Source of the DNA: Bugula neritina
Lineage: Eukaryota > Animalia > Bryozoa
Assembly: GCA_964035545.1 (NCBI GenBank)
Contig: OZ037772.1
Coordinates: 8,611,150 to 8,675,149, forward strand
Reading direction: 5' to 3'
DNA length: 64,000 nucleotides
Part shown: positions 14,001-28,100 of the stretch, piece after piece
How the letters are laid out: each line of letters begins with the position of its first letter
Position numbering within the stretch: the first letter of the stretch is position 1
The notes under the pieces: model-generated
Told to the model about the DNA's origin: nothing
Databases searched by the model: none
The model's input: the letters and a program-made list of their open reading frames with translations, nothing else
Made by a program: the position numbers and the translations under genes

Positions 14001-15271
14001 TGCTGTAAAATTTGTATTGATTGTTTTTTCTTTGAAAATATAAATACAAAGGTTATTGATCATATTTCTCATTAGAAGAATCCCAGTTTTAATCACATCG
14101 GACAAGGTAAAATTTATTAGATTGTCAACAAACCACTTTATCAAAAAACTCACATTTTATGTTTAAAACTTCGATTAATACAAAAAATGTAAAGGAATAT
14201 ATTTGTATTTAATCGAGTCTATGTGGTTAAAAATGTACTTTAATGAGAACACAATTACTGAATGATTGAGTCAATCAAATTACAACAGCTTCCCAATGTG
14301 TCACAAAATTAAATACGCGAGTTAAATATCAATTGGAACAGTTCAAACAAGTCATCTAGAAACTAAAAATCTAATATCATTTACCTGTTACCATGACACT
14401 CAATATAGATCAGTTATAGAAAGTGAAACACATTTATACATGAAACATTTCTTGTCAGACTTCTGCTGATAGAATCAAAACTAAAATTAGCCTCAGGCCT
14501 ACAGTATCCTGAACCTTACCTTGAGCAGGTCTATCTCTTTAATACAATCTTGCCTAGCCTTGGCATCCATCATCTCAAAAATCTAAAATGTTCATAATGA
14601 AAAGTAGAAAAAGCAGCTGCTGTTTAATTTAATAAAAAAAATTTTTTTATTAGAGTTGAGCTTTCACTTATAATATATAGATCAAGGGGCACTTGCATAG
14701 AATGAGTTCTTAGTATACTATCAGCCTTTAAGTTTCAGAGTAGATATGAGAATACGATGAACAAGGGCTTGCTGTTCACTACTAAATGAGTTGATATTGG
14801 AAGGACTTTACTTTACTTAATTTATTAAAGGCACACAACTACGGAACCTTTTTTCTAATATAATTCCTGTGAGTGAGAAATATTTATTGATTTATTACAA
14901 CAGGGCCAACTTTTCTGGAGTGACATAAAGCTATATTTGACCAGGGTCAAAAATTATATATGTTCTATAGTCTATGCTCTATTACAGAACTACATAAAGA
15001 TTGCATAAACAAAAACAAAGAAAAAACATTCAATTGACTAACAAGGATTAACAAACTGATGATTAAAATTATTCCTTATATTAATTATTTTATATACCTG
15101 AACTTTCTTCAAGGCTACAATAGTATTATCCACGACGCATCTGGCCCGATATACTTCCGAGAATTGCCCCTTTCCGATCTTCTTGTCAATCTCAAAATTC
15201 TTCATAGCATTGTACTTGTCTCCACTCGTGCCGTTTGAATCAGAATGTGAAATATCCATCTCTGCAGCCAT
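11073..15271 (-). CDS. NEK7: NIMA-related serine/threonine kinase, NEK6/NEK7 orthologue (complete)
   Basis: Exons 15271-15098, 14582-14520, 13896-13677, 13303-13196, 12636-12542, 11684-11571, 11201-11073. Kinase motifs [77 protein letters not shown] and [19 protein letters not shown] are diagnostic for NEK6/7. Confidence 0.95.
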
Positions 15272-15309
15272 TGTTTTACTACTAAGCAGTTTTGAATGAA
15301 TGTAAACTC

Positions 15310-15344
15310 TATATAAATAAATATATATAAATAAATATATATAA

Positions 15345-15397
<53 letters not shown>
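15310..15397. repeat. (TA)n microsatellite next to a probable NEK7 splice acceptor
   Basis: Seen directly. Confidence 0.9.
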
Positions 15398-15398
<1 letters not shown>

Positions 15399-16849
15399 GT
15401 GGAACTCGGTTACTTCTAGAGAGTCAAAAGTTGAGCATCTCAACAACAATAATCAGAAAAAACGAAACCAACAATAGCTGGAGTTGATTTCAGTTTCAGA
15501 TGGCTTGTTGAAATGAAATTTAACAAACTCAGTGTCTTTTTCAAAGGAATTTTTGCCCAGCTTGTAAATTTCTTGTGACTTGTGGTTACAGATATTATAT
15601 CAAACCAACATCTTGTGATAAGCTATTGATTACACAAGTATATATATGTATTGAAGTTGCTACTACAAATGTCACCTAAAACATACACACATTCTCTCTG
15701 ATATTAAAAAAAACCTTTAATTTGCAGCACTGCGCACAGCACCTTCACTCTGAATAAGCTATAACACTTAAAACTTGTAACATGCTTATAGAAACTGAGT
15801 ATAGTTAAAATTGGTTTTAACTAATTTTACTTGTTTGACTTTTAATCACTAGGCTAATGTACTATTCTTTCAATATCTTTATTCCTATAAAAAAAACTCA
15901 TAAACAATGCCGGAAAATTCCACCAACAATTGCACTGATTACAATATTTAGGGTTAATTCAGCAAATATAAACTGTTTAGGTCTGGACTAATAGTTAGAA
16001 TAATTAATCTAAGGGAAGCACAATTTTCAGGTCTGTCTGACATTTAAGTCATTAAAATTGAGTTTGACTATTACTTCAAGTAAAGTATTAGTAATCTAAC
16101 TTAGCGTTAATGTGAACAGAAATAATTTGCAAACCTGAAAACTATTGTGACTTGTAAAGCAGAAATAGAAGAAATAAAATAAAATGGTTCATTTTTATTA
16201 CACTAATTTGAAGTATTAATTCAAATATAACAATAACATAACTATTGCTAATAGAACTATAACTAACACTATAACAATAAGTTAATGTATAAGTATAACA
16301 ATTGGTTAAAGTATGAATAACACTAACTGCAAGTATCAGTATGGCTATTGTAATTAGTAGTACTAATCAGCACTAGAGTCACAATCACTATCAGTATCTC
16401 TATCACAGTTCTTACAATATGATAATGATATGCGTTTGAGATTAGTATGACTATGATTATCACCATCAGCCTCAATATCAATATGAATATGAGCATGCTA
16501 TAAATATGTGAATGCAGATCAAGCTTAATGTTATTATTATTAATTATATAATTTGAAGCTACGCACATTCACGTTGAATTTCATTTTGAGTCACTCACAT
16601 GGACAGTTCAGTGACACTCACCAGTCTAAGTCTCAGTCTGAGTCACACTCTGACTTACTCACACTCACACTGACACTCACACTGTCTGTTACATAAAATT
16701 AAATGACAATGATAAGCATTATTGCAAACAAAATTTATAGGTATTATAATGCAATAAAACTAATCTAATTATTACTGTGTGAAAACGCAATAAATGTAAA
16801 ATAAAGAGCTTAATTTTTTATAAAAATCAGGTAAAATGATCGTCAGTTT

Positions 16850-17260
16850 GAGTACAGCTTAAAATTTTTTGAGTAGTGACTCCTTGTGTGGTTTCGTTGC
16901 CGATGACGCCAGAGAGCATCCGTATCCGTATTGTAACCTGAGCTATACTCGCTAGAATAGGCTTGACCCGAAGTAGAAAACCCTAGTTTGTAATATAACA
17001 TTCAGCAATGAGCTCAATAATTATTAACTATTCCAGCTCAGTGACATTCAGATGCTACACCCGTTCTACATATTCAGTATTTTATGGAGCCGTGGGCTAT
17101 TTACAAAAATAATAATTTCAGTATGAGCCTGATTTAGTTTTTAAAAAGTTGATAGTAGTTTTTTTACCTATTACGGGTATTACCAATAAATAATTTACTC
17201 ACCCATTACAATTGAAAGGATATACCACTGGTGTTTACAACGGGACTACATAAGCTTTGA
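16850..17260. promoter_or_regulatory. Probable bidirectional promoter region between NEK7 and EVI5
   Basis: CpG-containing island (GTTTCGTTGCCGATGACGCC, GGGACTACA) between head-to-head genes, flanked by low-complexity first-intron-like DNA on both sides. Position is inferred. Confidence 0.4.
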
Positions 17261-20200
17261 AATATCTACTCACTGTTAGTACCACTAGTTATAATTAAAC
17301 TTTTAAAGTGTTTGATTACAAGTTCAAGTTGAAGTTTACAATCAAATTTGATATTCGAATTCGATCGCAAGCAGTCACAATCAGTGGGTCACTAGCAATA
17401 TCATTATGATTATGACAATCACAGTGACAATGATCAGAAGTCGATGAGCGAATAACAATCACAATTTGAACGCCAAGTTCGAAAGCAAAGGTACGAGTAT
17501 GACTATGACTATGAGGTTTAAATTGATTTCGCAACATCAGTTTAATCTAATACTAAAAGTAAAAGTAATACTAATACTAATACATTAGCAATAGTAATAG
17601 CAATACAATAGTAATAGTATTAGTAATGCTAATTTTAATATTAATACTGTTACAATACTATTAGTATTAGTATTAGCCAAAATAAAAGGGAGAATCAGCT
17701 CCAAAAAAATATTTATATATTAAGAATAACATAACTTTAAGTTTATTATTAAATTTATTGTTATATAAATTTAAAGTTGTAATAAATAAAATAAGGTTTG
17801 AGTAAAATAATTATTTGAATTTAGTTCAATTATATTCATTGTATCTAAACTGAAGATCAATGAATATCATGGTGATAATGATGATGAGCTGATAGTAATG
17901 GACTAATAGTAAAGTAGTAGTAATAGTAATACTAATAGTACTACTCATAATGAGATGATGACACTATGATCATAATCATAATGATACGTTGATTGTCCAT
18001 GTTTTACTTGTAGTTGTAATTTTTTTGACTTGAGTTTAAGTTATACTTATTATCACCAGTTATTGTTTTACTTACTGCTATTATAATTGTTAATGGTGAT
18101 TGCATTTTTATATTGTGTCATATTGTATCAATTTCTTCAATGTTACTGGTTATGGCTTATAATTCGAACTATCAACATCACCATTTGATACTTCGGTGAC
18201 TGTAAGTGTACTTGGTTTTAATGCTTTTTATTCTATTGTGATTATGACAAAGTAATTATGATTAGCAATAAATATAACAGTCATGTCTATGGTAAATATT
18301 ATATTGTTAGTAGAATTATTAGTATGAAAATCATAATGAATATACTGCTGAAACTTGCCTTTACTGATTTCTAATCTGAGTTTTAAGCTCAATAATTGAG
18401 CAATAGTGTGAATCTGCTTTTTAGTATAAAACTATTATCTATTTACTATTATCTATTATCTATTAGCTCTTATCTATTACCTATTATCTATCAATCTTAT
18501 TTAGTGTTACTGTAGCATACTGGAAAATCTTTATTGAATAAACTATCATATCAAGTCAATAAGAATATTGACAATAGGATTGCTAATATGTTGATACTAA
18601 GTTTGTAATTCATACTACTACATTCAGTAATTACTCTTACTGATAATGATAATAACTGAGGGTTTAGGTTGCAAAGTCCACCACTTGTAGCAATCCTAGT
18701 TATTATGAACCATCTATGCTAGTCATCTAATCTTTAATTTAGATGTTTGTTGCTCCCAGTAATATGATTTCTTATCTGTAACTACTAGCAGCACTGAGCT
18801 CTGTAATCCTAATCACTTTCCAGATTTTCACAGTGACTAACTTTGCTCATGTTCATATTAAGCAACACACTCACAATTTTGATTTTAAATACTAACTTTA
18901 ATTTTTGCCATTTTCACAAAACAATAGTTATTCAGTTATAATTGAGTTTCTTTAGGCATAATTTAGGCTAGTACCTACTCTGGTACTTATCCTTTCTACA
19001 GTGTAATTATTCTCATACTAGCATATTTTCAGTTTCAACACCGAGCAACAAAAGGTGTTTAATGTTCAAAGGTTGATAAATTTTCATGAGCACAGTCTAA
19101 ACTTTAGAGTCTAAAGTATCACCGAGTCCAGTGTCATTGAACCATCACAGTTTGGGTGAAAAATTCCAGCATTTGGAAGGGTTTCTATTCACTTTGTACT
19201 GTCTCTCAGTAGTAGAAACTTAATTACTTTCTCTTCAGCAGTAGCAGTAGATGGGATATCCACATTCTCATGTCCATGTAAAACTACACATACTGAAGGA
19301 TTTATTGTTCATTGAAGCATGACTGTGTGAAGGTTGCGTAAATTTCTTTCTCATCAATAGTTGAGTTCATTAGAATATAGCAAGTGTGCACTGTTATGTA
19401 TCTTCCTGGCAGATGAATTAACCTTGCAAGGGTCTGTTTGGCTGTTGTGTAATTCTAATGTGAATTCTTACTGGGTGGACAAAAGCTCTTGTGATTGCAT
19501 TTTCTGTTTCGCAAGTTGGAGGGTTTTTCTAAATCTGCCGACAATTTACAGTTCACTAGACTTCCTTGCTTTGATTTTCACAAAAAAGAATTTTATCAAA
19601 ATGATATTATAATATGAAATTTTGTCCTTTTATTTTGTTTTGTTATCAGCACAAGTAGCTAGTTTATTGTTCAAAACAGTTTCCTGTGACTAACAAAATG
19701 ATAGACATACTTTATCTGCATGTACTCTTAATCTGGATGTGATAAAACAACCAATTTTCAAGCTAAGTTTGAGTCATTTTTCATCTAATGCCTTGTTGCC
19801 TTGTACACGGAGTATTGTTACTTAAGTGGTTGGAGAGTGGTTTGAATCAACTGATATAGGCTATTAGTCATGTTTAGAGATAATAGGAAATTAGGTGTCA
19901 ATCACTGAATGCCAATTGGGACCTTTTCTCTCTCATAACTAGTGTATGCAGGTGAAACTGCCTAATAACTTTGTGTTAGAATCTACTTTGTTCTGATTTC
20001 TAATTAACAAATTCATTTCTCCACAGTACCACTTGCCATTTCATTTCTGGTTCAGACCTTGTTGCAGTTATATGCAGACTGTTGGTGTTAGTTGGACGTT
20101 ATAAAATGGTATTACATTGTTATATGATATATGGTTATGTTCAGTGAATGTAATCCCTTAGTTGTAAAGATTTATGTTGGAGAAGGGAGGAGTTATTTTC

Positions 20201-20914
20201 TATAGTAATTAGGTTTAAGGGACCCTTGTTTTTAGTAAAGTTATACTTTCACAAGTTAGAAGTACTAGCTTGTTGAACTCATTTCTAACGTTGATGTCTA
20301 ATAGCAGTTTGAGTTCTGGCTATAGTTTGTTTAGCCTGTGTATCTTCTGTGTGGCAAATAGATGTGATCAAAACAAGACGTCGTTTACCAGGGAACTAAG
20401 GTTTCAAACCCCAAAGCTAAACAAAAAATCTGGAGGTCAGAGTTTAGTAAACTAAACCTTTATAGATACTTTGATTTAGTTCTGTCTGACTTAGTTTATC
20501 TCATTGTACAGCCATAAGAAAAAGGAAGTGGTTTGAACTTCCCTGTTCAGTTAATCAAGGGTAGACCTTAGGATAAGTAAATCCTAGACATTGAGAAAGT
20601 AAATCATAGATCATATAATTCTGTTCTATTCTCAACTCCTGCAATTCTGTTTGGTGATAAGAATTGCTGGCACCATTCTGGTGGAAACTATAAATATATC
20701 CAGGAAGGGCTGATCTTGAGTGCATTTGCTTGTTGGCATGCATCTGAATTTAAATTTAAATTTAAATTTGACATCTGAATTTAAACAGCATATTTGTTAC
20801 AAATGCTCTGGTCATACAAGTACAGCCTAGTGAACATGGAAATATCATTGCACTTGATTGTGTCAGCATTGGCCAGACCTATGGGTGAACTAGGCACCAG
20901 GTTTTGAGGTTAAT

Positions 20915-21040
20915 GCCTGTGTTCTATATTGAAAATGTAGCAAAGGAAGTAATGTTCTTGTGAGAATTTCAACCCATGTTCCAAACTAAAATCTGTAAAG
21001 AAAGTCAAAGAACTCAGGCTGTTAAAAATTATCTGTCTCT
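20915..21040. mobile_element. MITE family C, partial
   Basis: GCCTGTGTTCTATATTGAAAATGTAGCAAAGGAAGT...GAGAATTTCAACCC. Confidence 0.55.
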
Positions 21041-23040
21041 TCATTCAAATTATAACTGGTGCACTTTTGACATTCACCTTCAGTTTCAGTTAAATACTTG
21101 TGAAGCATTGCAATGCCTTGTATATTGTATATTGTATACAAATGTGAAACTTAAGATTTCATGATTCCTACTTGTTAACTAGGTGCTAGAGATGTTGTAG
21201 ATATTTCTAGTAACTAATCAGTAGTTTTCGAGCTGGTTACATGCTATCTTCACAGGCATCCTTCCCAGTCTATTAAAACTCCCTATATATGAATTGTGAC
21301 TCTATTTTTTTATTCTCACAGTATCTAAAAAAATTTATCTTCGTCACAATGACTCTATTTTCTTTTTCATTTTCGTGTAACAGTTATTGTTGTGCATCAT
21401 GAAAGGGTAATTGAGCTGTTAACTGGACTTCAGACTTCACTTAGGGGATTTTATGGTCTTTCAAGGTTTATGTATTCTCATACTGTAGTCTCTGCAATGA
21501 CACTTTATCTCCCTCTTTCTGTAGTTTTATAGTGGTGAGAGTATTCCCTAATCCTATACTAGTTTCTCCAACTCAGCTGTTTGAATTCTTACATTTGCAA
21601 TATTCTTCCAATAATAAGTATATTTTTTGCACCAGCCATTTTGTGCCACCATTTTTACTTTCCACCATATTGCTTTCCAACATTTTCACTTGCAGCCATT
21701 TTTTTTCGGGCATTAACATGAAACCTGGTTCTTACTAATTGCATTAAAATAATCCTTTTGAATAGTATTGAAATTTAATTTGAAAACAAAAAGCATGAGA
21801 AAGAATATATAATCTAGCTACATAATTAATACAGTTTGAATCAATTAGCTGAAAGAAATTGTTATTGCCTCTATATCAGTGTCATGATACTTTTTGAAAC
21901 AATAATAACAGCATTGCCAGTTGTAGAATCACTACATTTTGATAACAACATGATAATTGAACTTTAGTAGATAAGATATTATTGCTACTTCGTGTTATTA
22001 TATCTAATGGAGTAGATAAGGTCACTTGAGTGCTACTGTAAAGCCAGGGCACTGGTGGCAATGTTCAAACACCCTGCACTATCAACTGGGGTGAATTTTT
22101 AATTGAATTCGTTTGTATTGCTTTTCATCAATGATCATTTGATATTGAAAGAAACAAATATTGATGCTTGTATAAAGGTTACACCCACATATCGAATTCT
22201 AGTTTCTACTCTGTGATTCAGCCATTCACTGATATGATAGACTTGTAAGCTGCATATGCAATCGATCTAATCAATGCAATGGATGTTTATATGGATGGAT
22301 TTGGGGTTGCAGTTTGCATGAACTTATGGTTGTAGTTTCATTCTATGCAACTGTTTCCAAACATCTAATGAAGAATCTAATAATGCAAGCTTGGTAACAG
22401 TGATTGAGTCTTAGCAAAACTGTTTCATATCACTCCAGTTACAGATTTGAAGCTTTTTGCTTGGCTGCTGTAGTTTTGTAACCCAACTACTTGGCATAGC
22501 TAATTGTTTATGCTCCTTTGTGTTCAGCTTGAACTAATAGTTATTAATTGATTTCTCTTCAAGCAGTTATCCCTGTAAAAGTTGACATTTCAGTGTTGAT
22601 TTGTTATTATTTATGATTTCTCTCCATTCAGCAGAATATTGAGTATCGGGTGAATATAATGCTGCCGGTTTTGTAGTGCTGACTTATTATCAACTCATTT
22701 CCAACATTGCAGAGTTTCAATGTTTTACTATTTCCTGTTTTATTACAAAATCATGCATGTGAATATTAGGGTTTGATTAGGTTTAAGGTAAAAGTAGTAG
22801 CTAATAGTCTGTAGTAATAACTGCTTAGCTGTTAGAGTAATAGTTGACTTGGAGTTGTCCTCTATCTAGATCAAGAGGTTCTTTTCTCACCCTGCATAGA
22901 ACATTGTGATTTGGAAGTGTTATTGGGATTTTCTGCCGAATTCTGGCTTGGTATTTTAGGTTGGTGAGGTACAACTTTGGAGTTGTAATCTCAGTCAAAT
23001 GCCCTTAAAACAAGTTATCCCGGTGTATTTTTGCACTTTC

Positions 23041-23129
23041 ACACACACCACACACCACACACACACCACACCACACACACACACACCACACACACACACA
23101 CCACACCACACACACACACACCACACACA

Positions 23130-23197
<68 letters not shown>

Positions 23198-23304
23198 ACA
23201 CACACACACACACACCACGCACCACACACACACACACACACCACACACACACCACACACACACACACCACACACTCACACACACACACACACAACGCACA
23301 CACG
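23041..23304. repeat. Interrupted (CA)n / CACAC microsatellite
   Basis: Seen directly; explains the spurious HT/CV ORFs. Confidence 0.95.
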
Positions 23305-25104
23305 CAGTATTTTAGAGTTAAGCTATTTCCAGTCAATACATGTTCAAGGTTATTCAAGTGTGAGTAATGAACACACAAGTATAGTATATCTCTTGTCTAC
23401 ATGAATTCATGCATGTATAGATAGGAATCTTTCTTTCACCTTCAAAGAGCTTCAACTTCCCTGATTCCCTGATTTGATCTGAGAAGATGCACATTAGTAG
23501 AAATCTTCCTAATATTTTTCAGCTTTTGCAACATATATCTGTGTATGTCTGAGTTTTTTGTGAGGTGTTTTGTTGTCCTGCTTTGGTGTTTATTCTACTC
23601 AACTTAGGGAATTGCCTCCCTTTATTCTCGGCCGATTACTCTGTGTCGTACAGTATTGTCTAGGACTTAGGCTATGTGAGAACTAGTTATATATGTTCAT
23701 ATCAAGTTACTGCATACGGTTATGTTTTCAAAGTTTTTGTTGGAGCTTCAATTTACTTGAATTTTTCTGCCCACTGGATGTTGTTTAGGATAGATTTTAC
23801 ATGATTACGTGTGGCAATAGTTCATATGGTTCTTTAAAGAAACTTCTGGTTTGCAATGTTTTTGCTGTTGTCATGGCAACATACACGAAAATAAAGCTGT
23901 TGATACGCTTACTTACTAATTTGTTCATTACAACACTAGCCATGCGTCATACTTTGCGTAGGCTTCTATTAGGACTACCCATTGGCTACCCGGTCAACCC
24001 TACAGGAAGTTCAATCTATTAAACACCAGATGTGAGCCTTAAGCACCTATTCTCTAGTGGTAGTCCTTGGCTAAAAAAGGGAATCAGTTTACTGGGCTTA
24101 TCTTATTTGGTATTCTGAAAATATATTCAAGTAAATTACCATATATACTATTTTTGGAGAAATTAAAAGTTTAAAGCGGCTCCTCCAAAGATTTTATGCT
24201 AACTTGTTAGTGAATCACGGTGTTATCCTTTCAACATAATGCTGTACTGTTATTTAGAGAACTTTCTTGAACTAATTGCGAAGTCCAGCTGATTTCTCTC
24301 TTTTATTAATCTGAGGAGATATAGAAAGCTTTTTTCTCTTTAGCTCATTCCCGTCCAAGTTGATATTAACAATGAACTTTAGGAGATAGAAAGCCTTTAC
24401 TGTCAATTGCTCAACCGCCTAGCTATTAGAATACCACATATCTTAAGTTTAGTATTAATAATAATTACATAGATTGTGGAAACAAGATCTACATGCAACC
24501 CTCAACCCACTTGCATTGTCATCTTTCTTAAAAACTTTGCATCTGGTTCTGCAGTTTACTTTGATTATAAGAAGTAGACGTGAAATGTTTAAGTATAGTG
24601 TAAAGTTCCTCTTCTCTAACAACTTTCAAGCTAGATTCTTGAAAAGTCCTCGTGTTTCGGGAAATTTTCCATCCTTATGAGACCCCAAGATTTTAAAGGA
24701 AAGCTAAGGACTTGTTTACAATGGCATGGAAGCCATTTTTATTTTATGTTCTTTCCAGGATCACTACTGGCCATGTCTGTACTTCAACCCATCACTTAAG
24801 CCATTGCTTTCTATTAAATTTTAATTTAACTTTTAATTGTTTTTCAGAAGATTCAAAAACTTTCATTGTGTAAGCTCTATACAGTTGTGTCAATTTGTAC
24901 ACAGAGACACTCCAAAGATATTATTTCAACAAAATTATTTGTCTCTACCAGTTTACCAGATTTTTTAACTCCACAAAAGTGCTTATAACATAAACTCTAT
25001 ATTTTTAGACTTTAGACTTCCTGTAACGCAATGTATTCTGGGATATACAAGCTAGTCAACACACCAACTTTATAGCCAGCATATTCTCAGTCTCACTTAT
25101 CAAT

Positions 25105-28100
25105 ATGAGAAACACTGACTCACAGTTACCTTGTCCCTCTACAGACACCTTATCTTGTGAAGACAACTCCGAAAATGATGGTGCTAGCAAAATAACTGCA
25201 GGTAATTTTTTTATTCTAGCAGCTATTAGTAGTGATAGCTGCATTAGCCAGTTTGTTGGCAGTAAGCAGTTTTTGTTTTGTATTTATCGATGATTATTAT
25301 GGAAATAATAACCATTCATAAACACAGTATGCTAATATGTGTCAGTCTATTTATATACATTTATACATATTAATGTTAGACGATTGCTAAATTGGCTAAA
25401 AACTTTACACTATTATTTTTGTATTAAGCATATCTGCCATCCACATGGGTGTGCAGATGATGAACCTACTGAAAATAAGTAGAAAATCTTTCTACGCAAA
25501 ATAGAGAAAATATAAATAAAACAAAATTCTAGACGAAATAGCAATATCATTCTATTTTGAGAAGACAACTTTTAAATACTTTACTCCATCCTATTCCCAG
25601 ATAGCAAAGGTTGTGAAGAATGCAATGGTGCTACCAAGATACAGTGTAAATGTGTCACATCATCCCTACCACTTCTCAGACACAGTAACACTCAACCAAC
25701 TATCCCGATTACTCAGTTGGCGCCCCCTGGTGGTGACGGAGAGGCTGCTAGTGCTAAATGCAGGCCGTCCAGATCAATCTCAGAGCTAGACGAACAACTG
25801 TTGGCTAAGCTTCACATGCTAAACCAGTAAGTAGAGGAATTCATAGAAGTTGTTCTCTCTTTTCTATCTAGTCTGATGATCTCAGGTTAATATTTCTTTT
25901 GATTGAACTCTGACTAAACTAAACAGTGAATTTAGAAAATTATTCAGGTTTTATGCTACTTAGTACTATTTATATAATTAGAAAAAGTAATAATAACTGT
26001 TTCTGGTCTACATATGGATTCTATTTTACAATAATATATAATTAATATAGAAATGCAAAAATATCCTAAAAGCATCATTCACCCGTACCTAGCCGCTTTC
26101 CTATAAATTGAAGTCGCCGGCCCATTTGTAATGTGAACCAGGATTTCAGTTTGTATCTTCAAGATGCGGCGGCCATTTATATGAGATCTACCAACCTGAC
26201 ATCTTTTTTATAAATGCAAAGTTACAGAATCTTGTGTGTTTTTGCTGCATTTTCAGAAATTGTCTTCTCGTTAAGCAAATGAGACTATTAAATTTTTCTA
26301 TAATGTTTTTTGAGAGGAATTACGTAGTGAAGAGTGAGGCTGCATAGCCTGAGGTACCCCTTGAGGGTCACCTGGGGTATCCCTTGAGGTATGACCTGAA
26401 AGTCACCTGGGGCATCACCTACCTGTACACCGCTATGTTCAGGTCACCAATTAATTATGGAGTCAAAACTATAATTTACTTGTCAACTGGTGAACTGTAC
26501 TTTGCAGTGTGTAGTATATAATACTATATTATACATTACGATATAGTATGATATAATATGATATAATATAATAAGATATAATATAATTCTAGTCTTTTTA
26601 ATAGCAACTCTTAATACATTTCATTAGGTTCAAATAGAAAATAAATTGTTCTGTTAGTTCCCAGCTTGATTTTCAAGGAGTCAAATAATCAAAGTCAGAC
26701 TGTAGTAGCAAGTTCCTGTACACCCTGTGTACCTTTTTCTTCTTCTGAAAATATATTATAAACAGCTACTCACCCATTAGAATGTTATGTTATAGCCTCA
26801 GTTCTTCATCAAACTGATGCAATAGCGTGTGGGGGTTTCTCCATCCCCACTCAGTGAAACATGGCTTAAGTAGTTGTGCATCCAGTTGGGCATAACAGCT
26901 GTTCTCTTTTTGTTTGCATTTTGGGCTTAGATTACAGAACAGAAATAGTATACTCAGTATCTACGTGAGTTAGTGCTCCGTCATGCAGGTAATTTATAGC
27001 CTATCGGAACTGCTTGCGCAGGTAAGGTTTAAGTAAACTCTGACATTTCTAGGACTAGTCTGTTGACTTGAATAAATGTTTGCATGGCATTGTAACTAGT
27101 CGGATTTGCTCAGTGAGGCTTTTTTACAACTCAGAATTTGATCTATTAAGTTATTGGTGATCAGATATAGCTTTGTTTATATTATTTCTTAGTAACCATA
27201 GCAACACCGCGGCAGGTCGATAGCCTTTTTGGAGTCATTTGGGTACATCTGGTATTACGTAATTTAATATGTTACTGCCTGTGATGGCAGTTTAGTTGAC
27301 TAACTTACGTGTATAATCCCAAGACAATGCTCCAAGGTTCTCATTATAACTATCTGGTAACTAACTGTGGTGTTCATCTTGTCGAGTATAGAGATTACCT
27401 GTTCTTGTTCCCTCCACACGCAATCATGAGACGAATATCTGAAAGTATTTACGATTTCGTATTCGGAAGGTATGAATATCATCGTTTATATTGTAATTCT
27501 GTGTTTTCATGTTTCAGTTTTTTCTGTTGGGATATGAACTCCATTTCTATGGTTTTAATTGCTTATGGAAGTTGGATTTTTAATCGATTCTTTTGGACAC
27601 TTCTCAATATGGAAATGCATATATTTTAATTGTAGCTCTTCAGTTTTAATAATTTGCAGTGTGGATCAATATTAATTTAATGTCAGCCAATGACAGCTGC
27701 TAGTGGAGAAGTATTCATGATGTAGGTGTGAATGACCTCTGATACATAGGCATCAGGTCATCAATAATTCTACTCTGCAAGAAATTGAATTCTACTTTAG
27801 TTTATTTTGAGTCTTCAGTTTGAGACCTGGTATGTTCGGTTAAGTTTAGTTGAAAAATGTGCAGCCATAGAAATGTAAGGCTGAATGTTGGTAGAACTCC
27901 AAGCATAGATGTGAATGTATGGTTTAGTATATTGGACTCCTTCAGGTAAAAATGTATTTAATTTCTTACGTTGTTCAGACTCTCTGGTATTATTATTTGT
28001 CAGATGATACCAATTTACTCATCAAAGGTTTGGATACGTTGTTTTTATTTGGTAGTTGGTGAAAAATCTCATTGTTGATAATTTTGTCAGTGAACTGGAC

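Noticed and set aside
20581-20777. Plus-strand frame ..AILFGDKNCWHHSGGNYKYIQEGLILSAF.. faintly like a class B GPCR loop
   Set aside because: Isolated, with no supporting splice sites or neighbouring exons.
22995-23378. Five overlapping His/Thr- or Cys/Val-rich ORFs
   Set aside because: They are translations of a (CA)n microsatellite.
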